A stretch of 64,000 bases of DNA, taken from NCBI GenBank assembly GCA_001599295.1, contig BCGN01000001.1:186001-250000 (forward strand). The letters run 5' to 3'. Shown here piece after piece: positions 13,710 through 26,293 of the stretch (within the stretch, counting starts at the first letter, position 1; each line of letters starts with the position of its first letter). The translations under genes and the position numbers were made by a program. Origin of the DNA: Sporopachydermia quercuum (taxonomy: Eukaryota). The notes below the pieces were generated by a model, which searched no databases, had not been told where the DNA came from, and saw nothing but the letters and a program-made list of their open reading frames with translations.

Positions 13710-14608
13710 TTACTTCTTTTCCTCTCCATCAACTTTTAAACCTGTTGAATCAGAAACGAATTTCCGGATTTTGCCAACAGTCATTTCCATATGTGATACA
13801 CCAACGTCATAAACAAATTCTGCTTCATCAGCTGCACTCTCCACAGCATCATAAATCCTTTGATGAGTATCAGCAACAATAGGTGACTTCTGTTCTAATT
13901 TCCATACAAAAGCACTAGTGTTGTTGAATGTTGATGGTAGGAAATATTTGAAAGCTGCAGCACCAAATAATAATGGAATGATTCCGCGAATAAGAATATT
14001 CTTTCTACGAGTTAAAATTGTTCCTGATAATGCTGCAGTTAAAATGTAGATTCCACCAGGTAAAACATCCTCATTAGAGCTCTTCAATCCTGCCACTGTA
14101 CTTGTAACTTTCTTTTCAACTTCGTTATAATCATTTAGATACTCATTTATTTTATTTGTTGCTATGTCAATGATTCCCACGGTATATTTTCTTGCGGTTT
14201 TAGCGTACTCTTCTAGGATAGGACTAGTACGAATAGTAACGCCAGAAACAATTTTGGGAGGAGCCAACTTGGCTTCTTCTTCTTTNGTGGCTGGTACAGT
14301 TGTTCCTGGAACAATTGTTACTGACGAGGTTTCCTCTTCGTCGTAGAAGCTTCTCTTGGATTCGTTGTGGAGATTTGGAGAAACAATGAATGCTGCGCCA
14401 GCCATGAATGTAACAATTCCAGCCTATTAGTAGTAGTTAGTATGTACATTAAGTATGGAGTCGGAGTTCGATTCAATTTTAAAGGCAGTCGTAATAATAT
14501 CTGTTGCAATGATAGTAGCAAGTGTTTAAGAGCACCACTTCTTAGCCACACAACATCATCTCAATATAAACTTGTGAAACTTACTTGTAGAGAACGTTGG
14601 GCCATCAT
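13710..14608 (-). CDS. MIC26: MICOS subunit Mic26/Mic27 (apolipoprotein O family), 2 exons
   Basis: Exon 1 14608-14585 (MMAQRSLQ); intron 14584-14424 (GTAAGT...TACTAAC...TAG); exon 2 14423-13710 in frame. EDVLPGGIYILTAALSGTILTRRKN..R...P...G....YFLP.TF.N is the ApoO signature. Confidence 0.85.
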
Positions 14609-15370
14609 TTTTCTTACAATCTCGAGTTGGCAAATCGGTTCTTCAATTTCTAGTAAACAAAAAGATAAAGCCTTTCGTCTTAGAATTAATAAGCAGAGGA
14701 AGCAAACGCGAAAATGAAAAGTAAAGCACAATTGATCGTACTCTATCTGTCTCNTTCACTACTCCCTTAGTTACCTGTTTGTACTTTGTACAATGATTAA
14801 CTCCAATCTATGGTTTGAAAGGCTTTAATTGGGCAATGGGTGTATTGATTGATATATTGATAATGTAATTAGCTATTTATCTGTGACAGGAGACTTCAAG
14901 TCATATTATTATTGTTCCTCGGCTTCTAGGGAATTGTTTCCATATTGGGTAGTGTCGGTTATTTCTTCAGAGGCAAAAAGCGGAATAGATATATATCTCT
15001 TGAATGTGTTGTACCTCACATCTTTTTATTAACATAAGCAAAGAAAACTGTGGGTGAGTTCATGCGGTATGAGACTCAATTAACAAGGGGGGAATTGATG
15101 AAAGGTTTGAGTCATTGGACACATAGAATCAAATATAAATGGTGACGATAAAATAACTATTGGTAGAGGAAGGCACGTTTAAGGAATGGTCTGAATAATA
15201 TATTCTTTTATGGATATTGAGCCGATGGAGTATAGTAAGGAATTCTTTTATTGATATAGAGAGATCAAAACGGATCAAACAGTTAGAACCAAGAAGGCTA
15301 AAACATATTGAAGCTTAAATAAGCATACATAAAAGTTAGGAATCAACTGCATATTAAGAAGACGCACAAA

Positions 15371-16540
15371 ATGTCTGGTATCTTTCCCGGTGGTGATAAC
15401 TGTGGACCATCAAATCCTCTGCAACAACTACAGAAGCATACACAACAAGATAGAACGTTGCAACAAGAAAGCTCAGGAAGATTCAACCAGCAAGGCTTCC
15501 GCTCAGAAGCTCATAGTGTGAATTCAAGACTAGAACGAGAATTTTCACAATTTAGTAATAACAATGATCCTATGAACAACGCAGGATTAGGTATGAAACC
15601 TGTTCAGNACCAAAGTGTATATGCACAACCAGCAACCCAACAGAGACAACCACTAACCAATGATTGGTCTTCAGATTTTGCGAAACTGCAAATAGGCCAA
15701 CAATCTCAAAGAGCACAATTAGGAATCCCTGTTCAACATCGAGAGCCTCAGCAAGCAAACAATCAATGGCAAAATGAATTTCTGGTTCGGTCAACAATAC
15801 AGCCAACACCTCAAACGCAATTCTCAGCTCCTGCACACATGCCTATGATGGGTAACTTGGCATATGGTCAAATGAATTCTACATCACGGTTTCAAACAAC
15901 TCCTGGTATCGCCCAACAAACGGAACATCAACAGGTCCATTCATTGGAGAAGCAAGAAGCCTTATTTGAAAAGGCTTTTGCTCAAGTGGAAGCGTCATTG
16001 GCACCTACGGTTGAAACAAGAAACGACACGACGGAAGCCGAACAGAAAAGAACTCCACAGATAAATCATATACCTACGCAAGAAGAACAACAGCAACAAT
16101 TACACGATAATCCTGATAATGAACAGTTAGCTAAAGTTGCTGGCCATATTGTTCAGGCAATGAATAATCCNAACGTAGGAGTTTCTACAGAAACATTTGA
16201 AAAGTTCAAACAAAGCCAATTTCTAAGTTTAATGCAGCAGGTAAGTTCCCGCCAAATCAAATTAAATGAAGAAGGATCAGATTTGGTAGATAATGAGGGA
16301 AAATCAGCTGGTACTGCGGAACCTGTGGAGGCTCCTACTATTACTCACGACAAAGCTCACCATTTACTTCCAGACACAATCCATGAAAATACACTAGGCG
16401 ATCCTTTGGCAAATGTTCCTCAAAATAACAATCTTTCATCCTTTGCAATAGCTCAACAGGCAATGAAAGGTGAAATCAAGTCAGATGCTTGGGATGAAGT
16501 CTACAATGACTATGCAAATGATGATAATATGATTATATAA
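15371..16540 (+). CDS. PEX20: PTS2 co-receptor peroxin (Pex20/Pex18/Pex21 family)
   Basis: N-terminal conserved Cys (NCGPSNPLQQLQKH..QDRTLQQE), WxxxF/Y motifs (WSSDF, WQNEF, WDEVY), Pex7-binding segment KFKQSQFLSLMQQV; no TPR domain, so not Pex5. Confidence 0.85.
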   Translation: MSGIFPGGDNCGPSNPLQQLQKHTQQDRTLQQESSGRFNQQGFRSEAHSVNSRLEREFSQFSNNNDPMNNAGLGMKPVQXQSVYAQPATQQRQPLTNDWSSDFAKLQIGQQSQRAQLGIPVQHREPQQANNQWQNEFLVRSTIQPTPQTQFSAPAHMPMMGNLAYGQMNSTSRFQTTPGIAQQTEHQQVHSLEKQEALFEKAFAQVEASLAPTVETRNDTTEAEQKRTPQINHIPTQEEQQQQLHDNPDNEQLAKVAGHIVQAMNNXNVGVSTETFEKFKQSQFLSLMQQVSSRQIKLNEEGSDLVDNEGKSAGTAEPVEAPTITHDKAHHLLPDTIHENTLGDPLANVPQNNNLSSFAIAQQAMKGEIKSDAWDEVYNDYANDDNMII

Positions 16541-19415
16541 TCATGAGAAGATGTTTAAAGGGCTGTACACAACATGTATTAACTCATAGACCAAAAAAGA
16601 GATAGTTTTTAGTCTGAGACAACGAGGTAGCTAACCTGCAACGTATAGTAATATCTCGATGAGAAATGTCAAGTTATTGCTTGCTGTTGCTGAATATGAA
16701 CTGAAAAGAAATCATGATTAGTATACTATTTGGATTGCTTAATTATTGCTATGCTGGCTTGCTGTCCTTACAATGAACTTGGAACTTATAGCAATTAAGT
16801 TTTCTGTTTCATTTCTTATTCTTGATTATGGAGAGTTTTCATTGAGTATGGGAATGAAAGCTACGTAGTGCAACCATTTTTTAATGATTGTATAACTTTA
16901 TGACTGAAACTCGCTCGCGCACTACAGGTTTTACATACCTGGCTCGGTTAGTATTCCTGTTGACGAAGTCAGAATAGGTGGTTCACCCAGCAGATCGATT
17001 TTATTGCTAAGTCAGTATTACATTTATATAATTATATCAAGAATCACTAGCCAATGATTTATAAGAAGAAAAAAAGTTAAATTGTTACAATATGGCAAGT
17101 ACACACATACTCTCATATGTGTGAGAGGCTCTATAAATACTATTTACAATAGTGCATATCCTAGTCATCGTTAAATTCTTTCGCCTTTCTGGCACTATTA
17201 TTTTCACTTATTAATGGTGCGATCACAAGATATTAGAATTACCATCGTTATTCGTACTTCAAATGTAGGTCTCATTCCACACATAAATTCTGTCTATATC
17301 CGTTTTATTTCACATAATATGATGCTATGTATTNTTTACAACGACAACCGCAAATTAGTAAATTGTCGTCTAATAGCGTTTCTGAAACTTCAAATATCTG
17401 CTTTCCTTTCTTTTCAACTCATCAAGTAAACACTTTCAGAACCTGATAAATGTCATCTCCAATTCATTCATCAGTTGTTCATTGCTTCAGTACGATCGCT
17501 GTCATTACTATTATTTCCTGTTTCTATCACATGCTTGCTAATTAATTGAGCTGCCTATTTCCAAATTGGGTAAGTAAATATAGTCATTGGCTTTCTAAAA
17601 AAACTGGGCAAATAACGTTTGAAGTTTAATTAAACATTTTAGCTATAACTGAAGGTTAGTGTCAAGGGTGAAATTTCTAATGAAAATATTAAGCGAGTTT
17701 CGTCTGTCATAATATTACATCAGAAGCCAGTACTATATTAGATCTAATCAATAAGTCTAATGCTGACAAACATGCGGATTACCAGGCGGAAAAAAAATAA
17801 AAGTGATTGTTCTTCCCAAATATAAATGGTGAAGAAAACGGGTTGAGGTTCAAGGTTCAAATTTTTTATCTAATCTCCTTGACTGTGAGATTGAATATTC
17901 CACATGGGCAGTAGTTGTTACGCAAGGAAGGTAGGTGTTGAGAGAAGTGGATTAAACATCAAGCATATCAGATATTCTCACATAATAAGTAGCTAAAACT
18001 AAATTCAACTGGAATGGAGTATCTACCACATTATTCCTAATGGATTACAATAAAGATTACCACGGGCATCTATTGTCAAGGAGTTCATCTGACTTGATAG
18101 CAACCATAAATTTCCACTCTAGAAATGATATAGAAATATATACGTTACAACCTAGAAAACATAAGCGATCAGTTTTCGTTTAAGAAAAAAGTAGCAATAG
18201 AATCACTATATATATTGAAGTGAAAGCAAAGGGTTGCTTATACAGGATCATATATTGCTCTAACTTTTGTTAACCTCGTTTTGGCTCATCAGTATTTCCC
18301 TAAAAAGTAGCTGTTAANTTCAAGTTTGCTTCGGTTGCTATTGCTCAAATTCATATTTTCAAATAGTTTTACGATAATTATTTTACAACACTAGGATACA
18401 TTATATGTTGCCAATAACTATCGATAACTTCATTAATCCATCGATTGTCTTCTCACAAACGAGTAAACTTCAAATCAAATCAATTTCACAACAGCTTTGA
18501 TCTTTTTCATGTAATTTTCCTTCAAGATAACTTCTTACTCCTGTGAATTCATTTCTCTATCGTATTTCTTCTTCTATTCTAACAACATTAACATTCGACC
18601 TCACCCTATGCCAATTTCTCACCTCCTGAGAGTGCAATACCAGCCCCAAGTGAGAACGAAATTGAGGTTTATTACCCAATTAGGTAGTACTCTCATTCTT
18701 ATTACTACCTAAATGAGTTCCTTGCTTCTGAACCTTGATTTAGAGTTTGAATAATGTTTCTGAATTGGAATAATTGCAGGGAAGCTCGTCAACCTAATTG
18801 GCGACAAACTTTCCGAATTTCAACTCAAAGATTCAAAAAGATTTGACAGTTTCGCTAAAACTAGCAGTTACATTGCTCATGTAAAATTTCGCCAACGGTC
18901 AACAGAAGTCTTTTGAAAATAATAATGATAAGACAAATGAAGGCTTATAGCTATAGAGAAGGTTCTCTAGCAACGTTAACAATGCTCCTCAATAAATTTC
19001 AAGAATCTGGCTACTTCTAAAATCAGTATCGTTGCTATATATCATCATCTACCCTATTAATTATGATGGATTTGACTTGGGAATTAAGTTATTCTAAATA
19101 ATCTAAGTTTATCCAGCTTCATCATTAATCAACTCTATTTCTGCTAGATGATGGTTTTTTGTAGCAATCACCTTTCATATTCTTTTCATATAACTAAATA
19201 ATAGAATTATCAGGTTTCATATATATACATCATCAATGCCCATTTTGCTAAAATGCATTCAAACCTAATGATGGGACTTGTCATGAAATGCCCGCCCTCC
19301 TTCTTAAAAATTCCCCTCGAAATGGACTTCGTTTACATCAGCAGTTGTTCTGTACTCTCGTCACCTGTCAAATAACTATTTGATTGATCCATTCATTAAT
19401 TATATATACAGAGTA

Positions 19416-21872
19416 ATGGAAACTGTTAATGCTATTCAAGATCAAGTAATTGATCCGACCGTTTCAAAATCAGGTAAATTTTCTAGTTTTTTCAAAAGAT
19501 CACCAAGTTCCAAGAAAATAACCTGTCACAATATTAGAATTGCCAACTTATCACCAAACGAATACGAAATGCCGAAAGATCCAGTTAATGGAAAACTGAG
19601 GGCCATTAGGTATATAATTCAAGCTCATCAAACGTATAGAACATTTGATTCTGATGAGATCTCCTATATGAAAGGTGATGCATTTCTTGTGTATGATGAA
19701 GATATAACCAAACCTGAATATTTCATTGCTGAGGACCCTTTAAGGAAAATCAAAGGTTTAGTGAAAAAAGCGGATTTCCAAATCAAGTACAATGGGTGGA
19801 AATTACACATTTTAGGACCCCAAGGGAAGAATGCTTCTNTAGACAGTGAAATGAGATCAAAACAATTTATTCGTCGCCCGTCAATTGAGAACACCAGTGA
19901 AAATGGAGATGAAAGCGACCACAATTCAGCTAATGAATCTTCAGAATCTGCTCTGAATATTAACGAAATTAACAGATCTTCAATTTCATCATCAATCTAT
20001 TCTGATGAGGATTCAAATACAAGTTCAAGTTTGAGCTCAAATTCAGATACAAGTTCACCAGCAACTGATAACTCTTTTGCTTTCCATAATACAAAGTACA
20101 CACTAAAATCATCACCCTCTATTTACACAGCAACTAACTTCTTTTTTCCCACTCCTAAAGTCAAGATGTCAAACCAAGCAAATAGTCCAAATTCTCCATC
20201 TAATTGTTCAACAGCATCTTCTTCATCTTTGATTTCGTCAAGAGAAATGTCATCTCCAAGTTGTAGTTTTACAAGTGAAGATGAATCAATTAGAACTTCT
20301 CCTTTGAATCTATCAAAGCCTTTCAGTGCTTCTGAATCTCGTCAAGTTACTCTGAAGTTACCACATGAAGATATTGAAGTTCAACCTCATTCTGAGATTG
20401 AGAAACCTATTGAAACTCCCACAAAGATTCAAAATAGGGTTTCCACTACTAATAAGAACGTGCCGAGATCTTTCAGTATGCCTGTTTTCCCAAGGTTACC
20501 AGGTTTGACACCTAAACCAAAAGTTTTAACTGGTAAAGTTAAACACAACTGGGTAGCTGAATACGACAATGAGTTGACTGCAAACATTGGTGAATATATT
20601 CAAATTGTCGCTAGAACTGAAGGCTGCGATTGGTTATTTGCNAAACTGATCTCTCAAATTCCTTCTGCTACAAGACAGGAACCAAGATTCATTGGTACCA
20701 AATTTGTTCAAATCATTGATCATACAAAGAATCAAAAAGGTAGTATTCAATATGTCAAAGATCGTGAAGTTGAAACCTTTTTGAACGATTTTGGTTTACC
20801 AACTGTCGAAGAATGGTGTGATGAGAACAGAGCTTTACAAGAATCTTCAATTCCATTGCAATCGATCAACAACAGTAGTAATAATGATACTGGAAGTAAA
20901 AAGACTTTCCATACTGTTATTGATATAAAATCACCAGTTAAGAATCAAAAGAAACAAAGCAGTTTTGGTCGTCGTATTACATCAATGATGAACTCTTCGA
21001 GTGCTAGCTCAATTATTCCAACATCCAATTATAAGAGCAGCAGTTCACACAACTCATTTCATTACTATTCATCATTTGACTCTTCTTCATCTTCATTGAT
21101 ATCATCCGTACCACCAANGACTTTACCTGCAACTCCTTCAAAATCTGCTAACAGCTCAACTAGCAATATTCCAAGCATTTCTTCTAGTGCATCCTCTGTT
21201 AACGTCTCAGGCGCATCATCATCTACTATTACTATCACAACAGCTCCGAAAGTTCACGTTAGTGAAGCTATAATTAACAGTTGTATTGTCAATGATGGGA
21301 TCCATTTTAACACAAGAGCTCCTTTCATTTACAACATAGCTGTGAATATGTCTAATGGTGAAGTCAAGCCAATCATTAAAACTAAGTACGATTTTGAGAA
21401 ATTTCATGAAATGCTCAAAAAGTTAACTCCTGCTTTCATGAAAGATGAAACTTTGCCAGACTTTCCCAGTAAATTCACTCAAGAAGCTGAATCAGTTCAA
21501 TCAATCAATGACTATCTGTTCAGTGTGTTGACATTGTCACTGAGCAACTATAGAAGAATTGTTGAGTTTTTCCAGACTAATATCTGTCCAGTTGACTATC
21601 CACCATCAGTTAAAGACAAACTGAAAGTGAAGTACTATTATAACGAATTATCCAAAGAAGCTATTGTTTTCAACATCAATAGATATTCTAATAATCTATT
21701 CAATGATATTAAAAATAACATTGAAACAAGATTAGTGATATCGTTGAATCAGCTTTACTATAAGAATGGAATTGACAGTGACAAGAAGTCGATTAAGAAC
21801 AACGATGATGTTTTGAATGTTCTTTCTATTCAAAGTGAAAACAACTTGAACAATTTAGTTCTATATGGTTGA
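19416..21872 (+). CDS. Divergent Bem1-like polarity scaffold (SH3-SH3/CI-PX-PB1)
   Basis: SH3a (YIIQAHQTY..DEISYMKGD..KGLV), SH3b (AEYDNELT..GEYI...DWLF), CI region LPTVEEW....LQESSIPL, PX-like segment, PB1 start KLKVKYYY; first ATG at 19416. Confidence 0.75.
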   Translation: METVNAIQDQVIDPTVSKSGKFSSFFKRSPSSKKITCHNIRIANLSPNEYEMPKDPVNGKLRAIRYIIQAHQTYRTFDSDEISYMKGDAFLVYDEDITKPEYFIAEDPLRKIKGLVKKADFQIKYNGWKLHILGPQGKNASXDSEMRSKQFIRRPSIENTSENGDESDHNSANESSESALNINEINRSSISSSIYSDEDSNTSSSLSSNSDTSSPATDNSFAFHNTKYTLKSSPSIYTATNFFFPTPKVKMSNQANSPNSPSNCSTASSSSLISSREMSSPSCSFTSEDESIRTSPLNLSKPFSASESRQVTLKLPHEDIEVQPHSEIEKPIETPTKIQNRVSTTNKNVPRSFSMPVFPRLPGLTPKPKVLTGKVKHNWVAEYDNELTANIGEYIQIVARTEGCDWLFXKLISQIPSATRQEPRFIGTKFVQIIDHTKNQKGSIQYVKDREVETFLNDFGLPTVEEWCDENRALQESSIPLQSINNSSNNDTGSKKTFHTVIDIKSPVKNQKKQSSFGRRITSMMNSSSASSIIPTSNYKSSSSHNSFHYYSSFDSSSSSLISSVPPXTLPATPSKSANSSTSNIPSISSSASSVNVSGASSSTITITTAPKVHVSEAIINSCIVNDGIHFNTRAPFIYNIAVNMSNGEVKPIIKTKYDFEKFHEMLKKLTPAFMKDETLPDFPSKFTQEAESVQSINDYLFSVLTLSLSNYRRIVEFFQTNICPVDYPPSVKDKLKVKYYYNELSKEAIVFNINRYSNNLFNDIKNNIETRLVISLNQLYYKNGIDSDKKSIKNNDDVLNVLSIQSENNLNNLVLYG

Positions 21873-22380
21873 AATAGAGAATTCCAAGGCGGCTTTAGCA
21901 TACGATCATATGATCACTTGCATTTATACTCAGCATAAAGTATCGATTCTGGCACGAATAGAAATCGTACACTTATTGAAACTCAGGGCTTATTGGTTTC
22001 ACTGCTAATTGTTATATTATTATTAAAGTTTTTTTTTTTTGAATTTTTCTTCTTTTTTTCCTTTAAGAATGATTCTTGAATGATAATTGACACTACCCTT
22101 ATTTTGCTTCTACTAATTACTACTATTATTCCACTTTTCACTTCATTATTGACAGCTTTATTGTCATCTACCTTCCGTTTATTAAGAAGTGTGTTATTTC
22201 TGATTTCTAATCTGACTTCGCTTACAGTGATTAATGATATGGTCTATCATTGATTACGCTTTGATTCGTTTCATANTAAGAACTTGTGTTTAATTGTCTT
22301 TCATTGAATGATTTATGGATTTTTTTTTCGTCAGTTAGTTATATAGGTTATAAATTATAAGTATCTGTCATCAAATTACG

Positions 22381-22418
<38 letters not shown>
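22381..22418. repeat. (ACT)12 trinucleotide microsatellite
   Basis: Perfect ACT run in the convergent 3' region of the BEM1-like and GPR1-like genes. Confidence 0.95.
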
Positions 22419-22635
22419 GATAAATCAAATCAGATTGATCTTACTACATTAGTCTTCTATTAGTTCTACTATCGTGCATTAGTTAAATTGTAGAACTAAA
22501 TAATATATTATAACCCTAGAATTAAAACTACTTAATAACCCATTTCTCTTCATTTATATTAAACATTAAACCTATCCATGCCATTATCAACACAGTCATT
22601 CCCATTCATAGTATCCAGAGTACTCAAAATTCTTG

Positions 22636-24276
22636 TTATCTCTTAACTCCTTCAGGACCTTCTCGTAAAAACTCCCAAAAGTCAATCTCTTTATCAGAAG
22701 CTGAACCAGATTCACCTTGTTCTGATTCATAATTATAGTCATTTATTGGTCTGTCTTCATCATCAATACCACCAACCTTACTAGTAGCAAGAAATGATTC
22801 AGAATCTGGTAGTGAACTTCCCCTATTATTCATTGAAGTGCCGTCACCATTCTTCCTGTTCTTATTATTACTACTATTATTACTGCTGTTATTACTACTA
22901 TTATTACTGCTGTTGTGATTATCACTATCATCTTTCTTCTTATTTTTACCTTCTTCCAATTGGGTTTGAGAATTCATTCGTTGAGAAGATCTTGAAGAGA
23001 AGATGATTTCCCTGATAACAAAAATCGTAACATCGATAGTACAATTAAACGGCCTCATCCACGCAGTTAAATACCATAGCCAAGTTACNTTCCCATAATA
23101 ACCAGATAATCTAATACAATACGCAATCAATGGGAATAGCCATAATAACGTGTATGATAAGGGATACAACAGTACTGTAGTTGTTTGAGTTGTTATTCTT
23201 CTTTTTCTAGCAACAAATTTATCAAGTGCCTCATTATGTAAGTGTGCCCTTAAGTGTGATAGCTCTGTCAACTGACTTGCCTTATTACCGGCTTCAAAAG
23301 CTACATCAATACCTTCTATTTCGACGGGCGAACTTGATTTCTTCTTCAAAGATGATGAAGATGCTGATATCCCATCAACGGTCTCTGTTTCCGTTTCTGC
23401 TACTATTATTCCTTCATTCCTTGCTTTAACGGCTTCTTCTTCCTCTTTAGAAACTTCGCTTTCTAACTTATATAATGAGTTATCTGATATTGAGACCAAT
23501 AACCATGCTGATTTGATGATTTCAACCAATGAGTGGAACTTTTTCTTAATAAAGCTTGTTATTCTATATTTTGATTTTTCTGTATTTTCCGTGTCAATGG
23601 TTAACAAACTCTGCTGCTGAGCAATATGGAATTGGTGCTGTAGCTTGTTAAACTCCAAAATGACATAGCAATAGATAGAAACATAAACTAGTATTACCAA
23701 GGTAAGAATGATGAATCTTGGGATCCAGTTGAGGACTAGATTATACCATAAAGGACGAGTAGGTAAAGAACAATATGTTTCCCTCATAACATAAGCCTGT
23801 CCTGGATTTATAAATGCTAATGCTGCTAATGTTGGTGGCATAAATCCAAGAACTGCATACATATAATATCTGAATTCGAATAAACCAGTTGACATCGAGA
23901 AGAATACTGTACAAGCAGAATGCAAAGCTAACGCTAAATTTGTAAAATCACCACCTTCAACTGCGTATGCCTGAAAAAATCCACTTATTTCACAGTTGAT
24001 AGGACGCCTTAATTTATACATAATAGTAAAGCTTAGAAACACAACAGCTTTTAAGAAGTCATAGAATACCAATATTGAAATGATGTAAACTCTGAACCGT
24101 AAATTCGTATCTTTCAAATCTAATTTCCATTTCAATTTCCATACTGATATTATGATTGCAATAAATACTAAACCTGACGCTATTGATAATGAGCTTGATA
24201 CTATGCTTAAGATTTTGATTGTGTTCTGTTGACTACCAGTCAATGCTGCAATTTCAGGACTAGTAATTGAGGACAT
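22636..24276 (-). CDS. GPR1: Gpr1/Git3-family G-protein-coupled glucose/nutrient receptor
   Basis: Seven hydrophobic helices; WYNLVLNWIPRFIIL...YVSIY (Git3 domain); long third loop; RKRRI..Q..VLLYPLSYTLLWLFP (Git3_C); NNSS repeat tail; ATG 24276. Confidence 0.8.
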   Translation of the reverse strand: MSSITSPEIAALTGSQQNTIKILSIVSSSLSIASGLVFIAIIISVWKLKWKLDLKDTNLRFRVYIISILVFYDFLKAVVFLSFTIMYKLRRPINCEISGFFQAYAVEGGDFTNLALALHSACTVFFSMSTGLFEFRYYMYAVLGFMPPTLAALAFINPGQAYVMRETYCSLPTRPLWYNLVLNWIPRFIILTLVILVYVSIYCYVILEFNKLQHQFHIAQQQSLLTIDTENTEKSKYRITSFIKKKFHSLVEIIKSAWLLVSISDNSLYKLESEVSKEEEEAVKARNEGIIVAETETETVDGISASSSSLKKKSSSPVEIEGIDVAFEAGNKASQLTELSHLRAHLHNEALDKFVARKRRITTQTTTVLLYPLSYTLLWLFPLIAYCIRLSGYYGXVTWLWYLTAWMRPFNCTIDVTIFVIREIIFSSRSSQRMNSQTQLEEGKNKKKDDSDNHNSSNNSSNNSSNNSSNNKNRKNGDGTSMNNRGSSLPDSESFLATSKVGGIDDEDRPINDYNYESEQGESGSASDKEIDFWEFLREGPEGVKR

Positions 24277-26293
24277 TCTTAATAGTTGGTTCTCATGAAT
24301 GATCAAGAATCAATCTAACAATGAATATAAAAGTTAATCCGGTAGTATCTTCAATTTGGCCATTATGACCAACTATGGTAATTGTGATTTGATTAAAATT
24401 TCGGCAGAATCAGTATGATCGATTGTTGTGTCGTCCTTGTATATACTATGTTATGCATACTGCATTCTGTATTGCCTTCTTGTAAATAATTCTTTTATGA
24501 TTTTGTAGTTCCGTTTAATGTATATTCATTGATCTTCTTCCAAACGTTTGATCTTCTCCTCTTTTGTCTTCATTTGCTCTCACAAGCACCAGTCTTTTAC
24601 ACGATACTCTGTTGCTTCGACAGACTGTTGCAAGTGATTGGTAGTCGAATCTCTATATCTTTACGCGGGACTGGATATTTTCACACTTTCAATGCCTGCT
24701 CTCTTTTTATATCTGTCGCAGATACATTGATAATAAGTTGGGAAACAAAAAACCACTACTGCTGGAACATGAACATTCTCTTTTCCATGACTGGTGAAAG
24801 TTGGCTAACTTCCATCGCTCTAACCGCCTCTTTTCCTTACTTTTTCTATTTATTATTATTACTATTATTATTTTTTACTTTTTTTGTTTTTTCTCCGTTC
24901 TATTTTCTCTTGCACGTTTTGTCTGTCCAATGTGGAAAATACAGTCAAATTATGCAAGCCATGATGCATAATAATTAGGTTAGGGAAATAAGGTTTTACT
25001 ACCCAGATGAGATATACCGTTAAGAGCGACTAGGCTGTGAGTCATCTAGGACGGGGTTGACAGAAAAGAAGAGATTGAATGGTAAACCCTTCTGAAAATA
25101 AAAAAAAAAAATAATATAATAATTCAATTTAGTTTGGGTTACTAAAATTTTGAGAAGAAAAACAGAAAATTAATACGTTATTTGATGCTTTTTCATGATT
25201 TGATGGTAGCTGAAACTGTCGTTTCTTGGGGGACCTTGGTGTAAGGAACGTAGCTAGACTTTAGTGTACATGTCTAATAAAAGAAAAGAATGAATTATCC
25301 AGGTTTGGGGATTAAGTTACCTCACTTGATAAGCAGGGTTCCTGGTTTCAGTAATTATGGTATTGAAATTTTCCCGCGACTGGAACTTTAAACTTCGAAA
25401 GCATCCCGTTTGGGAACAGTGATTGATGCACCATCAACGAAGCAGATCTGGTGATCCAGACAGAATGGAACCCCGCTGGATATGTAGATAGGATTTCTTA
25501 ATAGAAAACATTTGATGGCGGAAGACGTAGTTGGGAGGTGTGGCATCGAATTATTAGATTGAGTTTTATTGAAATGTAAAAGCAAGCTCGGAGAAAATGA
25601 AGATGCTGTAGGACTATTGAAGGACTATTGACAGTTGAGAAGTAGTTTGATGACTGAATGACTGATTATGATGAGTGAATCGGCAGGGAATCCTTTCAAA
25701 ACATAGTCTGGGCAAGTTAGGTAGCCTAGTCGTACGGCGTGTACGACTATAATACTGCTGCACAGAATACTGATTGTTCCATAGATATACATATAATTGC
25801 TTGCGATACATAGTATTCGAGCTTCAGGTTCATATTGGTGAACGAAACAAAAATTTAATTAATGGTGCTCGATTACCAGTGATATTAAGTAAATTTTTTT
25901 TTTTTCGGCGAATGTTATTGGAATGGCTAGACGGATGAAGAGAAGAAAGCGAGAGCTNAGCTATAATTCAATTGCGTCGTAATCGTTATGGTTCTCATAA
26001 ACCTNCTTTTGATAGAACGTGGAAGAAAAGAAGGAATAGGCATAGATACAATACTTTTCATACATTTAAATACATATCCACTCGCTATAGGATCAATCAA
26101 GGGATCTTTCGAAAATCTGTTCAGAGCTTGAATTTGTTGGTCTACTATCAAATACAATCAATTCTTTATACACGCAACCACTATTTTCTACTTTACGTTT
26201 CTATTTCCTTTTTTTGTCCTTGCTGTGTTCACCAAACCTTGAGTCGACTTTCCGTTCGGTTTCCCAAATATTGTTTTTTTCTCACAATGAAAA

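Noticed and set aside
16541..19415. Hidden gene, LTR or transposon remnant in the long intergenic region
   Set aside because: No terminal repeats, no gag/pol/transposase-like translation and only small hairpins near 16935-16980; treated as regulatory DNA
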